From positions 1 to 55,356 of IMG/VR virus record IMGVR_UViG_3300047652_000066: a stretch of 55,356 nt of DNA; one strand, 5' to 3'. Position 1 is the stretch's first letter. Every line of letters starts with the position of its first letter. The DNA is from a virus (lineage: Duplodnaviria > Caudoviricetes). Position numbers and translations under genes: made by a program. Below, piece after piece: positions 27,634 to 35,947 of this stretch. The notes beneath the pieces are model-generated. The model was not told the DNA's origin and did not search any database. It worked only from the letters and a program-made list of their open reading frames with translations.

Positions 27634-27926
27634 GTTGGATAACAGGATTGTTTTCCGGCGGCTGGCAATTGATTGTCGGCGTTGCCGTGGGCGTGGTTGC
27701 GTTCGCCGGCGCGTATTTCGGCGGTAAGAAAATTGGTTCAACGCAGACCCAGGCAAAAGCCGATGTTGCTGCTGCTGAAAAGGAAGCGGCGCAGGTTCAA
27801 GCAGTCGCAGAAACCCAAGCGAAGAACACCGAGGTGGAGAAAAATGTTCAACAGCAAAATGCTTCCCTTACTGACGATGCTGCTCGTGACAAGTTGCGGA
27901 AGTCAAAGTACAACAGCGACGATTGA
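27630..27926 (+). CDS. i-spanin (Rz-like)
   Basis: N-terminal TM plus Ala/Gln coiled coil. Confidence 0.65.
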   Translation: MSWITGLFSGGWQLIVGVAVGVVAFAGAYFGGKKIGSTQTQAKADVAAAEKEAAQVQAVAETQAKNTEVEKNVQQQNASLTDDAARDKLRKSKYNSDD

Positions 27927-28086
27927 ACCGCAGCCCACTGAAATGGTCGATTCATTGTGTACGCTGGACAGCCCGATCCGCACCCATGGTAGAGATGCTG
28001 ATGTGATGGATATCCGAACTGTTCGGGCTATAAACTCTCACAATGATCTATATGACAAAATTTGTGCTGAAAGGAGAAAACATTAA
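27844..28086 (+). CDS. o-spanin lipoprotein (Rz1-like)
   Basis: Overlaps the i-spanin in another frame; GAGGTGGAG RBS; lipobox LVTSC. Confidence 0.7.
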   Translation: MFNSKMLPLLTMLLVTSCGSQSTTATIEPQPTEMVDSLCTLDSPIRTHGRDADVMDIRTVRAINSHNDLYDKICAERRKH

Positions 28087-28092
28087 ATTTTT

Positions 28093-28138
28093 CTTGTATC
28101 TGCCTAGATACTAATCAAATTGATTTGGCAGATACAAG
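28093..28138. terminator. 12-bp inverted repeat between convergent genes
   Basis: CTTGTATCTGCC...GGCAGATACAAG. Confidence 0.55.
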
Positions 28139-28167
28139 CTGAGTGATTTAAATTTATACAAAATATG

Positions 28168-28776
28168 CTAGATGTTGATAAGGCCATATTCAAAGAGATT
28201 TTTACCTAGATCGCTTATATTAATGCTACTTCCAAAAACATTAATAATTCCTAAGGAAAAAATAAGGCATGTGGTATCACTCCTAATTGCGGTCAAGTTC
28301 TGACCTATACTACTGGGCGATGTCATATATTTTTTTAATGCTTCAAGAGCAGGCACAGAACCGTTATAAACGATTAAGCATAAAGTATCAAATTCATCAA
28401 GAGATAGTTTTTCATCCAAAAGAGAATTAAATAAATTTGCGACTATTCTCGCTTTTATAGGTTTTTCTGAATTGAGCATTATTAAAGAGAAAGTGTCTAA
28501 AAATTCATCTTCTTTTTTGTCAGTTCTGATTTTCTCTATCAAATTTAATGCTTTTTCTTTATCATTATTATATGTGTTAAGGAATGTTTCGATATTTCTT
28601 ATAAGTAGTTTTTCTTGAAAGGTTTTTTTTAAATTCCATGCTTTTACTGCCCAAGTTACAATAGGGATGTTTTCCAATACATCAGAGATATTTTCGATTG
28701 CTAGATCGGTCAATTCAGCGGTGGTTTCTTTATCATTAATCAATGTAGCTTTCAATGAATCTAACCCATTATGCAT
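28168..28776 (-). CDS. AT-rich moron, hypothetical protein
   Basis: 202-aa ORF opposite to late transcription; low GC. Confidence 0.75.
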   Translation of the reverse strand: MHNGLDSLKATLINDKETTAELTDLAIENISDVLENIPIVTWAVKAWNLKKTFQEKLLIRNIETFLNTYNNDKEKALNLIEKIRTDKKEDEFLDTFSLIMLNSEKPIKARIVANLFNSLLDEKLSLDEFDTLCLIVYNGSVPALEALKKYMTSPSSIGQNLTAIRSDTTCLIFSLGIINVFGSSINISDLGKNLFEYGLINI

Positions 28777-28810
28777 TTTCTTAGCCTCTATATTTTAATA
28801 AGGAGCCCAA

Positions 28811-29040
28811 ATGACTATTAGACTTACCAAATCACATTAGATTCAAATGAATCTACTGATAGTATTCAACTATGACACCGCTACTACCTTTGAGGCAATC
28901 TCCTTTGTGAAGGATTCGACACTCAATTGTCGTCTTTTCGTATTGTGGTGCAGTTGAGCATCCAAGGAGCGCAAAGTGATACCCGGACACTAATGCAATG
29001 GAAGAATGGTTAAAATTGCTGGCAATGTTTCAGTTGAGAT
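28811..29040 (+). pseudogene. Degraded DUF2560-like paralog
   Basis: MTIRLTKSH*IQMNLLIVFNYDTATTFEAISFVKD aligns with 29807-30067; internal stops and a frameshift. Confidence 0.75.
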
Positions 29041-29190
29041 AAATTCAGTATTAACAATCACTTAATATGGCATTACAGAAGACGTTAGCACGGTGCCTGT
29101 TACAAGGACGGGGGAGGCCTGTAATTACCCATGAATATTTTCACGCGAGCCTGGCTATGGCTCATCACCAAAGAAACAAAGGAAACGAAA

Positions 29191-29415
29191 ATGAGCGAAC
29201 CCGTAAATGATGGCACCACCGTTGATCATGCAACTGTTGATCTGGCCCCGGTAGTGGATGTGCAAACTGTAAACGAAAACCCCACGCCAGCTCAGGAAGT
29301 CAAAACCGGCGTACAGGACTTCGAAAAAGCCTTCTCGTTTGTTGAGCAAGGTATTGCGATATTGGGCGAAGCCGCAAAAGACGAGCTGAAATCGTTGGTA
29401 ACGAAATACCTATAA
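29191..29415 (+). CDS. Hypothetical phage protein
   Basis: AAGGA RBS; GVQDFEKAFSFVEQGI..LGEAAKDEL..L..KYL. Confidence 0.7.
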   Translation: MSEPVNDGTTVDHATVDLAPVVDVQTVNENPTPAQEVKTGVQDFEKAFSFVEQGIAILGEAAKDELKSLVTKYL

Positions 29416-29468
29416 ATAACATAGTGTTAATTTTAGTCGTCCGGCTATAACCAGGGTGAGGATAATGA

Positions 29469-29681
29469 ATCCGCCAGCACCGCCTGTCTACCGACATAGA
29501 GTTGAAGATGGTTGCTGCATGGGCATCCAAGTTGTCGCCGGAAGATGAAGAAAGTGACGAATGCGTCGAATTGCGCTGCTTCCAACAAGCTGAGCCGCAA
29601 CGTTTGGCTGCTATCGGCAAGACTAATATTCAAACCGGTATTATGGCCTTAGTGCGGGCAGTAGCACAGCCTGCCGTCTAA
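29469..29681 (+). pseudogene. 5'-truncated Acb2 (anti-CBASS sponge)-like gene
   Basis: Frame encodes AEPQRLAAIGKTNIQTGIMALVRAVAQP; upstream stops; only in-frame ATG at 29508 (57 aa). Confidence 0.7.
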
Positions 29682-29806
29682 TCACTGTAAGAGTCTTTCA
29701 CTTTTTGCTGAAGGTTCTAACCATGATTATCTGGATAGAGCTGATTCGAAATTGTGTGTAACCAGTAAGCAACCCTCATTTTTCTCACTTTAGAAGAGAA
29801 CATTCT

Positions 29807-30067
29807 ATGGCAGACATTGAACTCACTCAGGCTCAGCAGATCCGAATTAATCTGCTGGTCACGTTAAACTATGACACCGCGGCAACGTCCGAAGCCATTG
29901 CATTTGTGCAGGATGACCCGCTGAAATATCAACTTTTCGTGCAGCAATATAGCCGGGTGACCACTGAAAGCGAAGTGGTTGCCAGGACGATAAAAGCGGT
30001 GAAAGAATCGCAAGAGTCTCTGGCGCTGTTCGTTATCGAAACGAGCACTTCAACAGCAACAAGTTAG
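29807..30067 (+). CDS. DUF2560 family protein
   Basis: QIRINLL.TLNYDTAA..EAIAFVQD..LKYQLF. Confidence 0.75.
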   Translation: MADIELTQAQQIRINLLVTLNYDTAATSEAIAFVQDDPLKYQLFVQQYSRVTTESEVVARTIKAVKESQESLALFVIETSTSTATS

Positions 30068-30139
30068 TAGGCATTACACCTGGCATTCACTATGTGCCAA
30101 TGATAATGATATCCTCATAAAAAAAGATGAGGATTCATT

Positions 30140-30655
30140 ATGATCTGGTATGTGAATTGGAATGCCGTCTCCGCTATAGGGGAATGGATATCAGCATTAG
30201 CAACAATTGTTGCATTGTTTTATGCGAAAAAGGCATTAAACACTTGGCGTGAACAAGAAAAAACTAAATCTAAAATGGATTTTAAGAAATCCCTAATGCT
30301 TGTTAAAAACGCATTATTACTTATGCCAGATATACTTTCTATGGAAGAACTGGCGCATGCTAGAGCTTCTATTCAAGCAAAATGGGTATTCAAAAATATT
30401 GAACCTATTGAAAGCGTTATTCAGGCAGGCGAGGGGAGCATAGCAGAATTTGAGAGATTACTTTCTGCTTTTGAAAATTGCTCAAATTGCTGGGTTGCAA
30501 CAGAACATTTATTCGACAACAGTCAAATTTATGATAAATGGATGGATTTGAATACTTATTATCAAATGTATCTGGGGGGTAAAACATCAAAGAATGAATT
30601 GTTTGATAGCTTGAATAAGCTTTATTCACAACGCTTTGTTTTTAATCATAAATAA
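30140..30655 (+). CDS. AT-rich moron with N-terminal TM
   Basis: WNAVSAIGEWISALATIVALFYA..AL.TWR.QEK. Confidence 0.75.
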   Translation: MIWYVNWNAVSAIGEWISALATIVALFYAKKALNTWREQEKTKSKMDFKKSLMLVKNALLLMPDILSMEELAHARASIQAKWVFKNIEPIESVIQAGEGSIAEFERLLSAFENCSNCWVATEHLFDNSQIYDKWMDLNTYYQMYLGGKTSKNELFDSLNKLYSQRFVFNHK

Positions 30656-30781
30656 TTTATTCAACTTTCTAGTCATAATGTTCATTACAGGTGGCTTTCA
30701 ACGAGAGCCATCGATAATGCGTAGGCAAAGCCATCAGCGACACCCACAGCCATGCTGGTGGCTTTTTATTTTGGAGGTCCC

Positions 30782-31012
30782 ATGCGTCTGACTGTTCTTG
30801 ATGATGATCCTGGCCGAAAAATTAATCCAATGGTTGAGCGCTATCTTGTTTTTCTGGATGGCAACGAGGTTAAAACGTGCTTTACCGCCGATGACGATAA
30901 GGGGTTGGTTATTTTCGCTGTACGTGATGAAAGCGGACATATTGTTATAGAGGATGGTGAACCCAAGCGCTGTACGTGCCACGGAAAGGTAAAGATCGAG
31001 CAAATTTATTAG
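30782..31012 (+). CDS. Hypothetical phage protein
   Basis: GGAGG RBS; MRLTVLDDDPG...VFLDG.EV..CFTADD. Confidence 0.7.
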   Translation: MRLTVLDDDPGRKINPMVERYLVFLDGNEVKTCFTADDDKGLVIFAVRDESGHIVIEDGEPKRCTCHGKVKIEQIY

Positions 31013-31032
31013 CCTTAATTTTCGGAGATTTT

Positions 31033-32490
31033 ATGCAGGTCACTATTGACGGTGTCCCGTATGCGCCTGTCTGCAATTTGACACATCGGATCGGTATCGC
31101 TATCACCACGCATAACAGACCTGACGTACTCCGAAAATCGCTCGAGCAGCATTTAAAATATTTGCCTACTGGTGCATTTTTGCTGGTGGTCGATGACGGT
31201 TCGCTGCCAACTGCAGCCGTGCCCGATGAAGCACATGTAATTCGTCATGACAAATCGCTGGGTATTGTCGCATCAAAGAATGCCTGCCTTGAAATGCTGA
31301 TCACCGCTGGGTGTGAACATCTGTTCCTATGGGATGATGACGCGTGGCCCATTGCTAATGATTGGCATGTTCCGTACATAGAATCACCTGAACCACATTT
31401 GGCGTATCAATTTCTTGATCTCGCCGGCTCGCGTAAACTTCACGACATAGCGGAACTATATCGCGATGGCCAGCATGTGGCGTATACCGGTCAGCGTGGT
31501 GTCATGCTGTATTACCACCGCAGCGTTATAGAAAAGGTCGGTGGTTTCGATACGATCTACGGGCGAGGGATGTACGAGCATAGTGATCTGGCGCTGCGCA
31601 TTCACAACGCAGGGTTAACGTCATGGGCGTTTGCTGACGTCACCGGCTCAAACAAACTTGTCTATTCACTGGATGAACATGAATCCGTTGAGAGATCGGT
31701 CGCGCGTCCGGAAAGAGAAGAGCAGGTCAAGCGCAACGTCAAAATTCACAACGGGCGACGCGAAGCGGGTTATACCGGATATTCGGAATACCGGCTGCAG
31801 CGCAACGCTGTTATCACCACATTGCTGACCAGCCAACCTGACCCACAACGTGGCACAAAAATGCAGGCGAAACCGGAATCGCTCAGCAAATGGGCGGCAT
31901 CAATCAATGGCGCTGATGCCTTTGTGCTGACGGATGAACTTACGGTGGCGCCCGCCGGCGCAACAATCCGGATTGTTTCGACTATCTGCATGAATGTCTA
32001 TTTCCGCCGCTGGCTGCATATCTATCAGTACCTTCGCGAGCATTCTGAATACCGGCTTGTCTGGTGTACGGACGGGACCGACGTAGAAATGCTCAGCGAA
32101 CCATGGAAGGAAATGGAGTCTGGAAAAATTTATGTGGGCTCTGAGCCGAAAACCTATGCCGATGCCTGGACCTGCGAGAAGCATCCAGAACGGGTTTACC
32201 AGCAGTTCATCGAGCAACACCACAATGAAACGATGCTAAACGCCGGATTACTTGGCGGCGCGCGCGATGACGTGATGGCGTTCGCACATGGCATTGTCCG
32301 ACTGTATTACCGCATCGAAAGCCAGCGGTTCTGGAAAACGGAGCAGGCCGCTGCCGCCGTGGGCGACATGTTGGCATTCGGCATTATCGCTAAAACGTTC
32401 GGTGATCGCATTGTCACTGGTCCAAGTATTCACACTGTTTTTAAAACAGACGGCATCGGTAAGGAGTTTGCCTGGTGGAAACACAAGTAA
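31033..32490 (+). CDS. Glycosyltransferase family 2 with a second GT-A-like domain
   Basis: ITTHNR, VVDDGS, LWDDD, YEHSDL; C-half WCTDGTDV and LNAGLLGG. Confidence 0.85.
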   Translation: MQVTIDGVPYAPVCNLTHRIGIAITTHNRPDVLRKSLEQHLKYLPTGAFLLVVDDGSLPTAAVPDEAHVIRHDKSLGIVASKNACLEMLITAGCEHLFLWDDDAWPIANDWHVPYIESPEPHLAYQFLDLAGSRKLHDIAELYRDGQHVAYTGQRGVMLYYHRSVIEKVGGFDTIYGRGMYEHSDLALRIHNAGLTSWAFADVTGSNKLVYSLDEHESVERSVARPEREEQVKRNVKIHNGRREAGYTGYSEYRLQRNAVITTLLTSQPDPQRGTKMQAKPESLSKWAASINGADAFVLTDELTVAPAGATIRIVSTICMNVYFRRWLHIYQYLREHSEYRLVWCTDGTDVEMLSEPWKEMESGKIYVGSEPKTYADAWTCEKHPERVYQQFIEQHHNETMLNAGLLGGARDDVMAFAHGIVRLYYRIESQRFWKTEQAAAAVGDMLAFGIIAKTFGDRIVTGPSIHTVFKTDGIGKEFAWWKHK

Positions 32491-33065
32491 GATTCGTTGT
32501 GGTGGGACATCATGCACGACGGGCCCAGGCAATCCGCCTGGCTGATTCTCTCGATGCTCACCTGTTGATGGATGAATGCGGCAATGGCGCGAATTGGAAT
32601 CACTGTCGTGCGTTGGTGTGGGCCGCTGGGCAGGATTGCCGAGTTGTGGTGCTTGAGGATGACGCGCTGCCGGTCAATGATTTCTCGACGCTGGTCTGTG
32701 AATGGTTGTCGCGGTTTCCTGACTCACTCATCAGCTTTTATCTTGGCACCGGCCGACCACCGCAATACCAAATGCAGATAGCCGAGCGGTTGATAGTTGC
32801 AGATAAAAACAGAACCGATTACCTCACGTTGCCCCGCCTGATTCATGGGGTTTGTTACAGCGTGCCGCCGCAGCATATCGCCCGGGTGTTAGCGCGATGG
32901 AACACGACCAAAGCAGCGGACTATGCGATTGGTGATGCGTTCGGCTGCAAGATAGTCTATCCCTGTTACTCACTGGTGGATCACGCTGACGGTGAGCCAG
33001 TCGAGACGCATCACGATGGGATGCCCCGAACTGAACGGCGCAGAGCATGGAGGTTATATGGCTAG
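32475..33065 (+). CDS. GT-A-like glycosyltransferase (GT25-like motif)
   Basis: NH..AL...VVVLEDDA, HGVCY, SLVDH; AAGGAG RBS plus GTG. Confidence 0.65.
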   Translation: METQVRFVVVGHHARRAQAIRLADSLDAHLLMDECGNGANWNHCRALVWAAGQDCRVVVLEDDALPVNDFSTLVCEWLSRFPDSLISFYLGTGRPPQYQMQIAERLIVADKNRTDYLTLPRLIHGVCYSVPPQHIARVLARWNTTKAADYAIGDAFGCKIVYPCYSLVDHADGEPVETHHDGMPRTERRRAWRLYG

Positions 33066-33423
33066 ACTGTCCACACTACAATCCAGACTTAAAGTCATCG
33101 ACACGCGTCGAATCAAGCCGCTTTACAGTGAGAATCAGCGTGTCGGCGGCAGCGCAAGAGTAAGTCTGAAGCGCCGTATTTATGTGCGTGACGGCGGACA
33201 TTGCTGCATATGTGATCGAGTCGTTGACTTGCATGATAGCGAGTTGGATCACCGTATCGCGCTCCAGTTTGGCGGGAACAACGCGGAGTCTAATCTCTGG
33301 ACGTTATGCACCGAATGCCATGCAGGTAAATCAGCTCGCGAAGCGGCGACAGGACAGCCCGACGAAGTGGCGATGAAGTGTAGCGCTCCTGTTGGCGAGA
33401 CAAATCACGTCACTATTATTTGA
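33058..33423 (+). CDS. HNH endonuclease (terminase-associated)
   Basis: RDGGHCCIC...DHRI.L..GG.N...NL..LCTECH..K. Confidence 0.9.
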   Translation: MARLSTLQSRLKVIDTRRIKPLYSENQRVGGSARVSLKRRIYVRDGGHCCICDRVVDLHDSELDHRIALQFGGNNAESNLWTLCTECHAGKSAREAATGQPDEVAMKCSAPVGETNHVTII

Positions 33424-33432
33424 GGCCGTTTT

Positions 33433-33645
33433 ATGATTGAAGTTATTGGGCTGATGTTCGCGCTGGCTATCGCATTCGGACTAATGCATGCCAGCCAAGG
33501 CAGTCAGCCAACATTCATGCACGTTCGCGAGAATAGGTGCCTGCATGGGACACCAAGGCGATTAAATGCAAGACTGCTTGGCGGTGGATACCAGCCAACG
33601 AATAATGGCATTTCGACGCATCTACCACCACCAAAACGGCCATAG
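33433..33645 (+). CDS. Hypothetical protein
   Basis: GAGG RBS; N-terminal hydrophobic stretch; GGYQP...PPPK. Confidence 0.5.
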   Translation: MIEVIGLMFALAIAFGLMHASQGSQPTFMHVRENRCLHGTPRRLNARLLGGGYQPTNNGISTHLPPPKRP

Positions 33646-33727
33646 ATAGGTGGGGGGGGATGCATAGGTATAAACATCGATCGGCTCGGACACCGCGCCC
33701 CCTCTCACGCACAGATAATATTCCCGG
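33646..33727. other. Putative cos/packaging region
   Basis: G-run and CACCGCGCCCCC between HNH and terS; positional inference only. Confidence 0.4.
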
Positions 33728-33742
33728 TTGGAGGGTATAAAC

Positions 33743-34228
33743 ATGTTAACAGGACAGAAGCGCAAGTTTGCGGCAGCGCTGATGTCCGGCTCGACTCAGA
33801 CAGCAGCGGCAATCACCGCTGGCTACTCTGTGAAATCGGCGCGTTCCAAAGGTTCGCAGCTGGCAAAGGATCCGGATGTCATCGCGTTTATGAAGAAAAA
33901 ACGGGGTGAAGCTGGTGGTAGTCCAGACGAAAAACAATCAAAGAAAACGATTGAAAATGTTAACACCTCACCGGACGTTCTTGCGCCGGTCAGTGTGGCT
34001 ACCAATCTATATGATGACCCGCTGGAATTTCTGAAATCGGTGATGAACAACTTAAAAGAAGATATCGATACCCGGAAGGATGCCGCCAAAGCGATGCTGC
34101 CTTACATTCATCCCAAAAAAGGAGAAGGTGGAAAAAAGGTTGCTCAAAATGCTGCGGCAAAGGTGGCAGCGAGCAAATTTGGCGCGATGGCACCGCCAAA
34201 GTTAGCAGTGATCAACGGGAAGGGGTAA
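33743..34228 (+). CDS. terS: Terminase small subunit
   Basis: QKRKFA...AAITAGYS.KSA.SKGSQL HTH. Confidence 0.88.
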   Translation: MLTGQKRKFAAALMSGSTQTAAAITAGYSVKSARSKGSQLAKDPDVIAFMKKKRGEAGGSPDEKQSKKTIENVNTSPDVLAPVSVATNLYDDPLEFLKSVMNNLKEDIDTRKDAAKAMLPYIHPKKGEGGKKVAQNAAAKVAASKFGAMAPPKLAVINGKG

Positions 34229-34231
34229 AGC

Positions 34232-35890
34232 ATGACCCAATGGTCCACAGCATGTCGGGATTGGGAGAATCGGCTTATCAAGAATCAGCCAATTATCCCG
34301 CCGCCAATTTTCCCGGAGTTGGCAGATCAAGCACTGGCCATATTCAAAGAGTTGCGCGTTTCAGATTTACCGGGCAAACCGACCTTTGGGGAGTGTTCAG
34401 ATCAGTGGGTTTTTGACTTTGTCAGGGTTATTTTCGGCGGCTACGATGCTGAAACCGGCAACCAGTTAATCCGTGAATATGGTCTGTTGATAAGCAAGAA
34501 GAATACTAAATCAACTATTGCCGCCGGCATCATGATGACTGCGCTGATATTGTGTTGGCGTGAGGATGAGGAACACCTGATCCTGGCGCCCACAAAAGAA
34601 ATAGCAGATAACAGCTTTAAACCGGCTGCAGGGATGATTCGAGCCGATGACGAATTATCGGATATGTTTCAAGTTCAGGATCATATTCGCACCATAACTC
34701 ACCGCGTTACCCGCAGCAGTCTGAAAGTGGTTGCGGCCGACACCGATACCGTTTCGGGTAAGAAATCCGGCCGCGTTCTCATTGATGAATTATGGCTCTT
34801 TGGCAAACGGCCAAACGCTGCGGCGATGTTCATGGAAGCCCTCGGCGGCCAGGTGTCGAGAAATGAGGGATGGGTGATATTCCTTACTACTCAAAGCGAC
34901 GAGCCGCCCGCCGGTGTTTTCAAGGAACATCTGGACTATTGGCGCGCCGTGAGAGATGGGAAGATTTACGACCCGAAGGTATTGGGGATCCTCTACGAAT
35001 ATCCGGACAGTATGGTGGAAGGCAGGGCATATCTGGATCGGGAAAACTTTTATATCACAAACCCCAATATCGACCGTTCTGTCAGTGCGGAATGGATAGA
35101 GGACCAGTTACGTAAAAATCAGGAGAAAACGGACGGCACGCTGCAGCAATTCCTGGCTAAACATCTGAATATCGAAATCGGCCTCAATCTGCGTAGTGAT
35201 CGCTGGGCAGGTGTCGATTTCTGGCAGCAACAGGCTCGCCAGGTAAGTTTTGAAGAAGTCCTGCAACATTCAGAAGTCGTGACTGTGGGTATCGACGGCG
35301 GTGGTCTAGATGATCTGCTGGGACTATCAGTCATAGGCCGAGATAAAAATACCCGCGAATGGATCTGCTGGTGTCACGCCTGGGCCCATGAAATCGCGCT
35401 TCAACGCCGGAAAAGTGAGGCTGCCCGGCTGCATGATTTCGAGCGGGCCGGTGATCTGACCATCGTTAAGCGCGTGGGCCAGGACACAGAGGATATTGCA
35501 CAATATGTCAGCGAAATTTATCAAGCCGATTTGCTCGATAAAATCGGTATTGACCCATCGGGTGTTGGTCAGATACTCGATTCGCTGGTTGAAGTAGGTA
35601 TTCCCGCTGATCTTGTCGTTGGCATCAGTCAGGGTTGGCGACTTGGCGGTGCCATTAAAACCACAGAGCGAAAACTCGCCGAGGGCGTTCTAGTGCATAG
35701 CGGACAACCTCTTATGGCCTGGTGTGTTGGTAACGCCCGGGTTGAACCGAAAGGCAATGCTATTCTCATTACCAAACAGGCTAGTGGTAAGGGGAAAATC
35801 GATCCCCTGATGGCGCTTTTTAATGCAGTTTCGCTCATGGCTCTGAATCCAGAGGCGAAATCGCAAGATGTTCAGATTTTGTTTATATGA
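34232..35890 (+). CDS. terL: Terminase large subunit
   Basis: ISKKNTKST, LIDELW, VGIDGG, KIDP. Confidence 0.93.
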   Translation: MTQWSTACRDWENRLIKNQPIIPPPIFPELADQALAIFKELRVSDLPGKPTFGECSDQWVFDFVRVIFGGYDAETGNQLIREYGLLISKKNTKSTIAAGIMMTALILCWREDEEHLILAPTKEIADNSFKPAAGMIRADDELSDMFQVQDHIRTITHRVTRSSLKVVAADTDTVSGKKSGRVLIDELWLFGKRPNAAAMFMEALGGQVSRNEGWVIFLTTQSDEPPAGVFKEHLDYWRAVRDGKIYDPKVLGILYEYPDSMVEGRAYLDRENFYITNPNIDRSVSAEWIEDQLRKNQEKTDGTLQQFLAKHLNIEIGLNLRSDRWAGVDFWQQQARQVSFEEVLQHSEVVTVGIDGGGLDDLLGLSVIGRDKNTREWICWCHAWAHEIALQRRKSEAARLHDFERAGDLTIVKRVGQDTEDIAQYVSEIYQADLLDKIGIDPSGVGQILDSLVEVGIPADLVVGISQGWRLGGAIKTTERKLAEGVLVHSGQPLMAWCVGNARVEPKGNAILITKQASGKGKIDPLMALFNAVSLMALNPEAKSQDVQILFI

Positions 35891-35907
35891 CAGAACGACT
35901 AATTAAT

Positions 35908-35929
35908 GACCCGCTTCGGCGGGTTTTTT
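35908..35929 (+). terminator. Rho-independent terminator
   Basis: ACCCGC-TTCG-GCGGGT-TTTTT. Confidence 0.75.
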
Positions 35930-35947
35930 CGTATCAGGAGGCGATAA

